DNA from: Amoebophrya sp. A120
Lineage: Eukaryota > Protista > Dinoflagellata
NCBI GenBank assembly: GCA_905178155.1
Contig: CAJINV010000015.1
Coordinates: 271,309 to 335,308 of the forward strand
Length of the DNA: 64,000 nucleotides
Direction of reading: 5' to 3'
Both the position numbers and the translations under genes were made by a program. Numbering within the stretch: position 1 is the first letter of the stretch; each line of letters begins with the position of its first letter. The notes beneath the pieces were generated by a model, which saw only the letters and a list, made by a program, of their open reading frames with translations, made no database searches and was not told the origin of the DNA. Positions 1 to 13,900 of the stretch are shown here, in pieces.

Positions 1-269
1 TGCTTTCTGCAACAACACAAGCCCTGATTTTGTTTTCCCGACGGTATGCTAATTTCTCGCCACTCCGGTCCGGGGTGTCCGGCAAGTGGCGAGAAATTGC
101 TGTGCCGTCGGGAAGACACACACCAAAATCCCGAAGCAACGTCATCTGCAGCAAGCAAGCCAAGCCATGACTTTGTTTTCCCGACAGAGCCGCGACGGCA
201 TGGGCAAGCCCAGAGCATGCGGCTTTCGATGGATGCGCGAAACACATTCTTTCGTGTACCTACTCTTGC

Positions 270-1992
270 CTATACATCAAATTGATGTGAAGATATAAAT
301 GCAAGCTGTAGCTTTTTTCTCTGGGATACAGGGCCGCTTAGGTGCTTGGTCGCAGGATCTTTTTCGATCAACAGCTTTTGAACGTTTTCCTTCAACGCAG
401 CAACCAGTTCCTCGTTCGCGAGTAATTGCTTCCGCTCGATTTTCTCCTGCGACGGCATCGTATTCCTAAGTTCCGCCTCTGTCTTCTCGTTGATTTCATA
501 AAGCGCGTCTTTCGAGAAGGCTTTGATAAACACCGGGATGGATTGGAGAAGGAAATTGTACAGCTTCCTGTGCAGCACCTTCGGCAGACCCAGTGTGGAC
601 AAGGTTTGCTCGTCGTTGTCGTTTAAGCTGCCACCCATGATCATGTGCGAGGACGACCACTGGATCGTTGAGAATTTCAGTCGCGTGTTTACGTCCCTCT
701 CCGCCAGCAGAACCGATTCGGCGAGTTGTTCCATGTTGTCGAACAGGTTTCCAAGCGCCAATGTGTCGTCAGCTGTCGTCGTCGGGAGGTGTGCCAGGGT
801 TAGCTCGACGCTGGAAGAAGTTCCGACCAGCCGGTGGTATTCGGATCCCGGACTAGCGATCTTCTTGAACAGAGCGGCAAACTCGGCAATGTCCGTATTT
901 GTGTCAATGGGGATACCTTTGCTTGTTTCGGCAACATTTTCCCCTGGTGACGACAGCGAAACAGTGGCTTGTAACACCCCAGGCTCGACTCCGTGCTCAC
1001 TCAATTCGCTTTCCAGCTTCGTCGTTTTCGCCTCAATCTGATGTTTCTTGGCGACTTTCAGGTTGTTCAAAAAATTCTCTTCCTCCGCCGCGTCTGCTTG
1101 ATCGCGCGAGGAGGGTGAGCCTTTATCCGATGAAGAGGTCAACATCTGCGTAGTCTTTGTAGTCACGAGGTGGACAAAATTCTTGTGCATTTCATCTTGC
1201 AACATTAACAGGAGCGCACGGTTGTAAGACAGTTTTTCTGGTACTGGTGCTTTCATGACCGGTACGGCAAATGCCCGGATGCGCTTGGCAAACGGGTCTT
1301 GCAGTAACTCTACCAACGTGTCGAACGCGGTCTTGATTTCGTTCGTCTGATCGGCATATCGCTCCCGGGATGTTGAGAGCATCATCGATGCCCCGGTAGA
1401 AGTAGTTGAAGAAACCGCTGCCCCTTCGCCGGACTCCTTTCTTTTCATTTTACTCAGATCCACCGTGGGGTAGACCTGCAGAACGGATTGCAGTAGCGCG
1501 ACCACCTGGTTCGTGAACAATTTGTGCAGCCGAAGTTGCAGCTTTTTCACCCAAGTTTCAAGTGGTGTTTCCTCCCCGAGCGTGAGTTTCGTCGAAGCTT
1601 GCTTTGCGAGTTTGTCAACATCGTCTTCGTCCTGCTCATCTCCCGTCGTGTGAGAAGGCGCTTCTTCCAAGTGGTTCGATACGGCAATGTACAGAAACGC
1701 GATGCGCTTTAGCCAATACAACGGAAGCGGAACGAACAGCGGCGTTGTTGCAGCTGTTGTGATCGCCGCTGTTGCAGCTGTATTCCCGGTACTTGTGCTC
1801 TGCGGAATTACAGATGAACGACCCCCACTGGCGCTGCCACCTGATCTAGTCGCGGCTGATGGGTACCCAGCAGAAGAAGTAGAACCTCGTCCAGATGGGC
1901 TCTGTTCCTGTTGCTTCTGTTGCTGCAGTACTGCGGTTCGTGCTTTTTCCCGAGCTGCTTGCGCTTTTTCCCGGTTTGCGTCGGAAATGTAC
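270..1992 (-). CDS. Last visible exon of the giant gene
   Basis: ORF 270..1721 stays open upstream to the element at 1993 (..LEY|ISDANREK..). Confidence 0.85.
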
Positions 1993-4900
1993 TATCCAAG
2001 AAAAAAACTGTGTTAGTGTAAGTCTTTTGGGAAAACAGCATCACAAGTTTGTCTGCCATGGCAGGACAAACTTGTTATGCGCAGATACAAAGGGAAAACA
2101 CATAGGAAGCGAGCCGGTCATGCATGTCGAGCATGACAAGTGTAACTGTTTTGCATCTTCTGCATCACAGATTTACACTTACACAGTTTTTTTCTTGCAT
2201 ATGTACTCCAAAACTGGTAAAACGGTTTCGAACTCCACGTCTTGGCTGACCAGAACGCTCAGGTCGTACAGCCGCTGCAACACAGCATTGATTGTGTTTT
2301 TGCTTTATGAATTGTAAAAATGTCTGGGTCTGGAAGATTGCCAGATTTGTCATGCTAGTCTGGCATGACTCTGAACTCTGTATTGCGTGCCCGCGAAAAG
2401 GGCTTTCTACCTGTCATGCAAAAACGCAGTCTCTCATGCGGATTACGCAACTCTAAACCACGGAAAAACTTGTCATGCTGGACAGCGCATTACAGTGAGC
2501 TCACTCTTCCCTTTCTTGCATCACAAGTTTCCAGACCCAGACATTTTTGCATTTGATATGCTTTTCGGGGAACTAGAGCTCGACTTCTTCGCGATAATCT
2601 CTTCCAACCCGCAATCCGCAAAGAGGATCAAATTCTTATGGGACTTTCAAACGTAACATTCTCAACTGCTACATGCATTTGTCATGCAGAATCACGATCA
2701 TGCTTCTCACGATCAAGCTTCTTCGCATGAAAAGTTTTCGACAAACTAAATAGCATTACAATCTGTGCCAAATGATCTGTAATGCACCACGCGCGAGCAG
2801 GTCCCCCCTTTCACTTTTGCCATTGTTGCATTACAAATTCATGTAACAATTGAGAATGTAACGTTTGAGAACGCCATAATTCTTGATCATTTCCGCCGAC
2901 AAATCCATGGGGCGAGACAGCATGTCGCAGTACGCAATTTGCAACTCCTGCTTGTGCTTCTCGATCCTGTTACGTTCCTCCAAACTCCTCTGCGTTTGTT
3001 CCCCAGCACGTGCTGTTTGTTCAGAACCACTAGTGCTGTTACCCCCTACCATCTGCTGCAAGAAGTCCCCGGCCGGCGTTTGCCCACCGGCAAATTATCA
3101 AATGTAAAAATGTCTGGGTCTGGAAGATTAGAACTTGTCATGCTAAATCTGAAGCAGGGAAAAAACTGTGTTGCATGATTGCCAAAAGTTGTGCACTTTT
3201 GACCTAGTCGGGAGGCAGTTTCTCATGCAGGATAGGCATTAGAAAGGACCCGCAGAACCTGTCATGCTATGTCCTACATACCACACCTCATGGGTCATGG
3301 AAAATATGCATGACAAATCTAGAAATCTTCCAGACCCAGACATTTTTACATTTGGTACAAATAGTCCTCGTGCAACTGCGGACATGGAGTCACCAAGAAG
3401 GCCGAAAAGTGACTCATCCCGGCTTTGATTCTCCACGATCTTCAGTTGGAAGACGTTTTGGGGAAAAATTTTCCGCATGTTCTTCACGATATCAAGTGCA
3501 AATATGTCTCGGTCTGGAAGATGCGCGTGTTTGTCATGCATCTTCTCGTGCTGGACGACCACACTCACAGATGGTCTGGAATGCACACAGACGCATGGTA
3601 AGTTGTGCGTCAAGCGCTACGTAAAAAAATCAAAATAGGAATCCCGAACATGCTAAATCCTAAAACCCTAACTGCGTCGGCCACGGAACTGTGTCGAAGC
3701 GTGCCTTTATTTGGCGTTCATGCAACACAGATTTTTGTGCGATTCAAATTTTGCATGACAAGTTGCATCTTTCCAGAGCCAGACAGATCTGCAAAAATGC
3801 ATAAACAAAGTCCTGATACAATTTCCCGCGTGACCAGATGTCGGACCGCAGCGACAGCTCTTCCATTTGTTGCGTTTTTCCGTTTTCCAGGGGAACCTCG
3901 ACAATCCGCGTCTGCAAGGCGCCGGCGGCTTGCAGAAATTCCACGCCGAAGTTACGGAGGAAGCCGTGCCGGTGGAGATTAATCAGGTAGATGGACATTT
4001 GCGGTTTCGGGATTTGGCCGCCTCTACTCGAAGAAGAAAACATGCCCCCTGCAAATGTTCCGCTGCGCATCTGGTCTTCCCACACTCTTGCACACTCCTC
4101 TGCGACAGCGCTCATGTCCATTTCGTTTTGCAGGGCGGCCCGCCACAGCTGGTTTTTCAAATCCATCGCTTCTTTCAACGCCTTTGCTTGCTCGGGCCCG
4201 CCCGGTTGGTAGAATTTCAAGTCCAACTCCCTGTCAATCACACCGGAGAGCAGTCCTGCCTCGTCAGCGTCGGGCCCGAGTTGCAAAATGGCATACTGCT
4301 TCCGCAAAAGCCTGTCATTTTCAAACTTCTTTTTCTTCTCCGGTTCTGGGCTGAGCAACTCACTGTCCTTATTTTTCACCTTCTCGTCCCATTCTTGCGC
4401 ATATTTGTCGCCCCACTCGATGATCTCGGCGTGCACAATCTCCGCCATAGAGCTCAATTCCACGAGCGACACCTCGGCGTCAGCCGCGAGGGAAATCTTT
4501 TTTGCCGAGGAACTAGCAGTGGACACCGGAAACAGGACCGTGTTGAAGAGCTTCAGTGTCTCTCTGCAGTGCTTGCGCTGCCACGGCTTCTGGTTCTTTT
4601 CCTGCATGATTGTCGCTTCGGCATGATCTTCTTCGACTACACCGTTCGCCTGCACAGTACTAGTCGCTACGGTGGTCGTCTGGTCGCAAAACGCTAGCGA
4701 TTTCAACAGCGCAGACGATAACAGAAGACTTCTCCGCTCCTCATCGCTCGTGGAGGTTGGCAGCGGAAAGCGGGTCACCAAGCGCGTGTCGAGTTGCGAT
4801 GCGCCGATTTCCGGAGAAATAGGTCCTCCACCCCGGGAAGTACTAGACGTAATCGTGGCGTCAAGAACATCTGGCGACGCTTCGAAGCTGCCTGGCCGGG

Positions 4901-7900
4901 TTCCGGTTAAGCGCAGGTTGAGGATGGTCTGCACGCTCCGCCAGAGCTTCTGCACGTACTCGATGGTTTTCGTGGTGGAGTGGTCCTGTTCCAGCCGTCG
5001 GGCGGTCTCGTACATGGAGAGAGTCTCAAGATTACTGATCTTCTCCCGCTTTTCGCGCTCCGCCCGTTGGGTCTCTGTTTCCGGGGGCGGGTCGTCGCCA
5101 CCGCCGCCAGCACCAGTAACAGATCGAATTTGTTTCACGAATGCCGGCTTCGCAGCATCAGCGGCGTCACCAGCTGCTTTCAGCGTTTGAGAACCTAATT
5201 TCTCTCCCATTGTGCGAAAAAGAAAAACCCATCCGGTTGTCGTCTCAGCGGGTTTATTTTTCGCCGCTGAAGCGCTTGGCGTCATGGGCTTGGAAGTACT
5301 TTTTTTTACCGGGGACGCACTCCCTTCATCGGGAACACCATCTTCATCATCATCATCACCAGACCCCGCGTTCATACTCATGTCGGCAAGATCGGCAGCC
5401 TCTTTTCTTCTCGCCATCTCCTGCATCAGGAATTTCTGCTCTTTCCGTCTCTCCTGCTCCCGAAGATGGGACAACACATTGGAGTACTCGCGAATCACTT
5501 CGTTGCCCAGAGGCTCATCCAACACTAGGTCATCGGACGAGGTGACCGCCATGGAGATTTTGGGCACGAAAAACTCCGCCAGCACCTTGCCCCGGAGTCT
5601 TGCATACCGGTCCCAGGATTTCGTGCACTGATTCTGCTGTTGTTGTACCGCAAGCGTCGTTTGCAGCTGCGGTCCCTCGTTTCCTGTTTGCTGCATTTGA
5701 TGTTCTTCTGTCGTCCGACGGCTCATCTGTATCTTTTTCTGCATATTGACCACATGTTCCCCGAACACCTTCCCCAAAAACTCCGACTGCACCGTTCCGG
5801 CCACCGGTGCGATGCTCAGGATCAGCTGCCGCAGTTCCTGGAAAATCTGTCCGGCTTTGTCGCCCTCAATCTTCGAAGCGGCGGCCGAGTTTGCGGCTGT
5901 GGAAGGGGAAACGGTAGCCGCGGACGCTGCGGAGAGACTCGTGGCGGATAGTCCGCCCGTGGTCTGCTCCAACGTGAAAAGTAGGGAGACGATTGACTCG
6001 ACCAGGTGAAACAAGGCCTCCGTAGACCGCACATCCAAGCGCAACAAATCTGCCGCGCCGGCGGTTGAAGCAGAGCCACTGTTTGATGCACCGGGTGCAG
6101 CTCCTCCTCCACTCGGGCTGCTGGGCATCTCTGGGGAAGGAACAGGGGACGTTCCTGCATCGTCTTCGTCGGAATTATCGCCTTGGGTGTCCTCCAGGTC
6201 GTCATCTTCGCCGATTATACGCGGACTGAGGTATCCTGTGTAAAAACGTCCCCACCCCATAGTCAAGATGGGGATTTTGCAACACAAACCTAGGAGTTTT
6301 GGGAGTCACGCATGACAAGTTGCGCTATGCAGTGTAGTGCAGGTTAGCAAGTGCAGCCGCATCACAGATTCACACTCATCTGCTCATCCTGTTCACAGCA
6401 TCACAAATTTCAAAACACGATTGGAAATGGCTTTCTCTCTCATGGGGATGCGCATTACAAGTCTTCCTGTCTTTGCAAATCTGCATTACAACTCTGGTGT
6501 GGGTACGTTTTTACTCAGGATATGAGGGCCGGGATATTCATATTTCCCGTTCGCCCTTGCGGTAATGTCAAAGATCCAGTTGCTTTCGGGCCGCGTCTTT
6601 TCGGACTAATTGCCTCGATGATTCCCTTATCAAATGCAAAAGTGTCTCGGTCTGGAAGATTGCAACTTGTCATGCTCTTTTTGGACTCTACTAAACAAAT
6701 TTGTGTTGCACGACCAGCAAGAGGGGCACAGTTACAGTTTGTGCTACACGGGCAGGGCATTTCTCATGCGGAAGGTGCATCAGGGCGCCCTCTAAAAGTC
6801 TGCGATGCTAGGCCATGCATTACAGGCATCATGGGTCATGAGATATATGCATGACAAGTCTTGCATTCTTCTAGACCCAAACATTTTTGCATTTGATATC
6901 CCTGGTGGGTCATATCCTCGAGACCGTCCATTGAGATTCCCATGGACCTCGGCATTTCTTGAATCGGCGTCATTACATTCGTGCGCGGGATGGGAGTCGC
7001 CGGACCCATAGACGACGCTGCGGCACTGTAAGCAGGGCTTTGTTGTAGTTGTTGTGCCGCCAGTTGACGTTCTCTCACAAGCGCGTGGTCAATAGAATCA
7101 CTCCTGGGCAGAGACCCCGGTTGGTTGATCTGCGATTGCTGGAAAGAGCGCTCGGTTGTAGTTCCACCCGCGGAAATGAACGTTCGCTCAACAGGTTGTA
7201 CTTGTTGCGGAGGTTCTTGTTGTTCCACAGTCCGTTTGCAAATCGTTTCGACCTGGCTGCGCATCATCGGGATGCCGATTTTCAGAATTTGCGCGAATTT
7301 TTCAAACAGGAAATAGGACCCGTGCAAAATGTTCTGCTTCCGTTGCTCGATCATGACGCGCAGCAAATGCAACAACCTGTCCGTGGACTGCAAGTTCCAG
7401 TTGGACAAAGTGTGCGTGTTGTCAAGCCGTGGTAAGGCTTTCAACGTACGGTCGAGAAACGCGTCAATCACATCTATCATGGAATCCGGGATCGAGCGCG
7501 ATTTGTTCTTCAGGTATTGGAAAAAGACCGGCGTGGATTTCTTCTGCGAAATCCTTTCTAATTCAATAGAGGAGATCGGCTCGTGGGTTTTGAGAAACAG
7601 CGCCTTCTGCAACTGGGTTGCTAAAACCACTTCTGGATTATTTTGCGTCTGCTCGTCAATGAATTCTCCCTGGTCGCCGGCGTCGCTCTGTGGCGTAGTG
7701 TCTGTTTCCTCCATGTTTATGCCGCCTGTTGGGGAGTTGGCCGAGTTCACACGTCCCACTCCTCGTTCCGAGGAAGCTGACAGACTCGAGCCAGAACGAA
7801 TGGGGAGGCGGATTCCTGCAGCCCGCTGAGATTGTTCTTCGGATGCACGACGTGTAACACCAGTAGAACCGCCACTGAGCGTACTCTGCACCCGCTGCTC

Positions 7901-10900
7901 CAAGCGTTGCGCTTCCGACGTGTTGTAGTCCGGCGACTGTCCGGCTTGGGAAGATTCCTCTTCTTCGTCCCCCTCGTGGATTGGAAAGGTCCCCTCACGC
8001 ATCAACGCGTCCGCGCCTGCGGATTCCGAAAATCCGCGGGCACGGCGGCCCTGCGGTGAACTGTCGTCGTTGTCGTCATCTGCCGAAACACCGCCTGGAT
8101 TTTGGCCTCCCGCCCCGGCGGAGGAGGAGGAGAAAATCACATCCGTCGCTCTCGCCGCGTGCTCCATCTGTCGCGCGGCCGCCTCGAATTGCAGCAGTCG
8201 AGCTAAATCCATGGAAATTTCCGGTAATTTCACACTCTGGCTGTTCTGCGCCGCGGTAGCAGCTGCTGGGAGCGGGAATGCGGAGGTGGTTGCGGTTGTA
8301 CCAAGTCCGGAACCACCTGCAGCACTGCTTCCCGCATTAGAAGTATTCAACCCGGCAACGGTGAACGCATTGTTGGTCACGTAGGACATCAAAATCTCAA
8401 AAGCCAGTCTCCTTTCCTCCTTTTTCAGCGCGTAAATCTTCGTATCCCGCATGTTCATCATGCCGGATGACGCAGCGCCTCCTCCGGACGAGGAAGACAC
8501 CGAGATCGTGACGGCTGCCCGTTCTAACAAAATGTCCTTTAAAAACGTCAACGCAATCTCCGGGAGAATGAGATTCAATTTTTGAATCTTCGCGATTCGG
8601 TCGTTGAAGAGTTTTTGAGTGGGGGAGGTGGTGGATGAAGAGTGTTTTAATACAGTGTCGCCTTCTGTTTGTTCATCATCCACAACATTATCATCCGACA
8701 CGTGGATTTGCAACAACTTCAGCAACTCCAACTTCACCTGCCCTTTCAGATTCACCAGGTTATTGCCCCCGGAGTCGGAGGATACTAAAACGACCGCGTG
8801 GATGATCTCCTCCCAGAATTCCGTGGTGAACTTCATGAACGGCAACTTCTGCAAGGTTTTCAGGAATGTGGTCAACTTCTCGCTGTTCCAGAGCAATTCT
8901 AACCTGTGGAGGTCATCCGTGTTCTGGTTCATCTTGTTCTTCTTGTTTCTGGCATTACCTGAGCCCCCAGCGGGTCCGAACGAGGAAGTTCCACCCGCAA
9001 TCGCCATGGCGGCTTTCGACATTTTGCTCACGGAAGACGAGAGCTTGCTGTTGCCGGAAGTCCAGCTAGTAGGGTAGGATGGGAACACTTCTTCGCGCAA
9101 GACGTGCCGGATGATCTCGGTGTATTGCGGTAGCGCCTCTTCCAGAGACAGGAGCCACAGCGTCGGCTCGAGATAGGCGGATTGGCTCGCAATCTCCCGG
9201 GTCGTCGGGACCGCAGTGGCTTGCAAGAGATAGTGCCACACGTACTGCCGTTCCCGTCTTTCCCGCTCTTTCATAGCGGCTTCCTCCGCACTGAGTGCTG
9301 CGCCGGCTGCCTGCGAAGATCCTCCTCGGCGAGCGGCTGCAGCGTAGTTATCAGCGTTTGATTGCCTACTATTCCCCTTCTCCTGTCCAAAGTCCAAGGA
9401 ACTCTGGTTGATCAAAGTCCGCTGCAGGTTCGTCCGCATCGCCAAGACCAAAGCGGCGCGGCGCTGCGCAAATTGGTGCAAGGAATCGATGGTGGCGAGC
9501 TGCCCGCCGAAGAAGGTTTTTTCCGCCGGTTTGTTGTTCGCGATCAGCGCCGCGGTTGTCAAATGGTGTCCGACGGGCAGGTTGCTGTAATCCACCTCGT
9601 CGTCCGCTTTGTTTCCGTCGCTTTTCACGATGTCGACGATGTTCATGTCCATCTCAATGACCGCAGCGGACGGGAGTTTCGCAATACCGGCCTCCTGCGT
9701 CCCCGATACCACGGACCGGATCACTTCGGATTTTTCGTAGGATTTCCACTTTGCAATTTCCGCGACTTTGGCGAATTTCTGCAATTTCTTCTGCGCTTCA
9801 ACGAAGATCAACTGCTTCAAAACGAACTGCTGCAACCCCGTGATGATCTGTTTGGACATCTGCAGCGCCTGCTTCTCGATCTCGTTAAATTCGTGTCGCG
9901 CTTCCCGGGTTTTCAGAATCGAGTGCTGGCGGTTCTGCTCCAAGATCGCCAGCAGAGCGTTGTTTGACTCGAAGTATTTCGCTTCGACATCGTCGAGAAA
10001 GACGATGGAGGTGGGAAGAGCTGTACTACCAACTGACGCCTGATGTAGTTGTTGTCCCGCCCCACCAGGGTTCGAACCCGAGGGCCCTTGCTGTTGCTGC
10101 TGACCTGTTGCGCCACCTTGCTGCGCATTACCGCCAATCACGGCCGCCTGTTCCCTCGCAGCCATGTTGTTGGTGCAACAAGCCGCCGTCATGATTGCGC
10201 TTTCCAAGTCTTCCTTATCTTTCGCCACAGCGTCGCGCCAGTTGTTCTCCAGCTCCGCGTTGGGAGAACCGGTAAGAAGCGTGCGGAAAAGCGGAAAGAG
10301 CTCAAAAACCACCGGGTACTCGTCTTCCTGATCAATTTCCTCCTCTGCCCCCTCACCAATATCCTTCGCGTCACCAGCGATTAGACCGGGCGACCTTTCT
10401 GCTTCGCTGGAGGCCGTGGACTTGATGCTGTCTTTTCTGCTGAAGCTCTTAGGAGTGGAGGTGGAGCCGTCTCCAATGCGAGGATCAGACGCAGAAGATC
10501 CGGTTCGCTGTGCCGTCGGGGTTGGTTGGCCCGAGGAGGAAGACGCGCTGCCGATGCTTGGCTGGGCCGTCATTTCCTGTCCTCCGTCTACATCCATGGC
10601 ATCTTCGGGGGCTCCGTCTGCATCGTACTTAATAACTTGCTCCGCCCCAGATTCGCTAATGCTAACTTTCCTCGCAGCTCTAGTTGAAGGTGTTCCCTGG
10701 CGGGGCGAGGCGGCTGGAGCGGCTTCCTCCCCTATGCTGGGTAAAAACGTCCCCGCCCCAGAGTTGTCACGCAAATCTGCATGCCAAAAAAGTTTCTCAT
10801 GCGGAGCCCCATGAGAAGCATTCTCTAGTTGTGTTTTGGAGTTTGTGATGCTAGAATCAGCATGATGTCCTAGATCTGTGACGCTGCTGAGCTAGCGAAA

Positions 10901-13900
10901 CAGGATCACACTATGAGGGCAAACTTGTCATGCGAAATAGCGAAAGCTGGATGATTTGTCTAGCAGATTTCCCATCTTGCCTCTGGTGTGGAGACGATTT
11001 TGCTCAGGATATCCCCAACACGATGGTCAACATCTCCTGCCGTGCTACTGGGCGCACTGGATATCGCAAGAAAAAACTGTTTCACTGTGAACTTGTGATG
11101 CAGAAAATGGAACACAGAACTATTTGTCTTGCTACACCTGCAAGGCATTGGATTTCCAAGCGTGTTTTCCCTTGGGAACCGCGCACGACAGGTTTTCAGT
11201 GTCATGCGTAGCAAACTTGTGATGCAGATCTTGCAAAAACATTACAGTGAAAGTGAAACAGTTTTTTCTCGTGATACTGGACGAAGTTGGCGTATTGCTG
11301 ACCTGTCGCTCCATCTGTGGACCGCCGGGGCGCATGGAAACCGGCTCGCCCGACATGGTCAGAAATTCGGCCGGTAAATCCGGCATCTGCGACGGCTCCT
11401 CCAGCACCATAGGCGCTGGAGCCAGGTCGGCAGGGTCAAGTTCCCGCTCCTTCGGACGGCGCGCAGAAGGTGGTGGCTCCATTTCCACTTCCTCACCTTC
11501 TTCGGAATTACCATCGGCCCCGGCGTCGCGCATTTTCGCGTCTGCGGCGCCGTCAGGAGCCTCCTGGATAACCGGACCGGCGTCAACCTGCATTGGTATA
11601 GCTTTTGCAGCTGCCGGTCCCGCAGAGGCTCGTTCACGCACGGCCGCGGCAGCTGCCATTTCCCCAGCACCGCCGACTGCTTCTGCTGCAAAATTGAACT
11701 GTTGAGATGAGACCGTGCTGTAGGCTGGCCCGTCTTCGGGCACAGCCATGGTCGGTGTCCGTACTTCTGCCGCTTCTGCTTGCTCTTTTTGCGCGGCACC
11801 ACCAGTGTCAGTAGAGGCGCGTTCTGTCGCTTTTGACGTCACTTCAACCTGCTGAAAGAAGCTTCCCGAAGCTTGATATGCGTCTTTCCGTGTACCTTTG
11901 GTGATCAGGGGCAGGCGGTTCAGTTTTGCGTACAAAAACAACCCGAGCCTTTCAAACCCAACTGACCCACCCCCATCCAGCGCTAGCAATTCCAAAAACC
12001 CTTGGAGCATGCTGTTGCGCATCTGCAGATTCTCGTCATCCGACGTGTTTTTGAAGGCAATATTTGTCCAGTAGAACGCGAATTTCGTCCGCAGCGGGTT
12101 CTGCGGCTTACCACTCTCGAAGGCCTCGGCTTTGTCGTTGTTGCTCGGTCGAAAGGAAACGCCATCCAAGAGCATCACTGTGTCCTTACTCGTTTGACCG
12201 GCTGATCCTTGTTTGTTTCCTTGAACAGCACCTCCCGTCGTCTCTTGCTGACCGTAGTTCGCACTACTACCTGCAGTCGCACTGCCCCCACCAGACGACA
12301 CCGTGTGGCCGGCAGTGTTTCTGAAGATCTGGGTCTCCCACTGCCGAAATCTCGCCCAAGCGAGGACATCGTCTAAGGACTCCGGAGTTTTACTAGAGGA
12401 CTTCGGCCCAGACGTTGCTGCACCGGATAATCCACCGTCCGCGCTTTGATGATGTTCTTGCGCGGCTTTCACCGCCTGATCGTGTAACAGCGCTTGCACG
12501 GACCCGAGGAGTGTCATCAAACTGTACACCGCCACATTGGGGATTCTTCCATACGCATTGTCGCTCGTCAATGCGATCGTGGGGTTCTGCGGGAGCATCA
12601 CCGAGCTGCCACTCCGTCTTTCGTCATTGGTCTCTTCATCCACCACATTGGCCCAGTCCTTCGTCGCAATGGCAATTTTCGAAGCGGTGATGCGTTCGAT
12701 CTCGTGTCGCTGCTTCTCCAAGCTGTTGATCTTGTTCGTTTTCCGTTTCAATTCGACGCGTTTTTGCTGCACGTTTTGCTCCAAGGCTGCAACCTTGGTC
12801 TGCAAGGTTTCGTATTCCTGCTTCAAGCGGAGCTCGTCTACGTATTCGGCATTGTGCGCTTGTTCGGCAGGAGCTTGTAGGTTCTCGAGAAAGATTTTTA
12901 CCATCTTCCTTCTCTCTTCCATCTTGTGTCGTTGTTCGGCGTCATGCATGTCTGGGAGGTTCTTCTCGATCTCCCCGATCTCGAACAGAAAATTGTCGCG
13001 CTTTTTATCCATTTCATCCTTCACCTGGAAGTATTCCCCTTCCTTGCTGCGCAGCCGCGGTTTGTGCAGATCTAGTTCCTGTTCGTTCTCCCGTAATTCC
13101 CGCACATTTTGCCGCAAGATCTGCCGCTCTTCAATGGTTTTGTGCAACAAAAGCGAGATCTCCGGGCGGATCAAATCGTAGATGATTCTGCCCGGATTCG
13201 GGAAAACCGACGCGCCGAGGGCGTATTCGGATAACGTCACGACCAGCTCAGTAGAAACGGAATTGGGTAAAACATTCATCGTCCCGGCGGAAGATAATAA
13301 ACCCGCTTGCGGAGCAAGATTTTTCGACGTCCCAGAGACGTCTTTGCCAGCCCATACGTGGAGGGAGAGAATCCTCAGCGCGTTGATGATCAAATTTTTC
13401 GGCCGGGGGAACAGTTCCGCGAGCTCCCCGCGGTTCGAGAGCATGTAGGATTTCTCTTTGAAGGCCTTTGACTGTTTCTCCATCTCGTCCAGCTCCTGCA
13501 GATTCTCGTCAATCATGGCCTCCGCGTTCGCAAACGCTGCGGAGGTTGCTCGCGCCGCATTGTTACTACCTCCCAAATTCGACGCGCTGCTGTTCTGCCT
13601 CTGCAGGCCTCCCGCGCGAGCAAGGTCCTGCTCTTTTTTCCGCTGGTTCCGTTTTTCCTTTTCTTTTTTCTCCTTTTTCATCTGCATCCGCGTCTTCATT
13701 TCCCAGGCGGAAGAATCCGACCACCGCTGGCCAGAGAGTAGAACGTTGTGAAGCAGCTGCAGAATTTGGGGCGAGAGTTTGAACGCAAATTTCGTGAAAG
13801 CGGGAGGAATCTGCGACGAGGAAAGTTTCGATCCCGAGAGATCAAAAGTTTCCGCCTGTTGCGAGTCTATGCTCTGAGAGCGACGCCGGTGTAAGAACTG

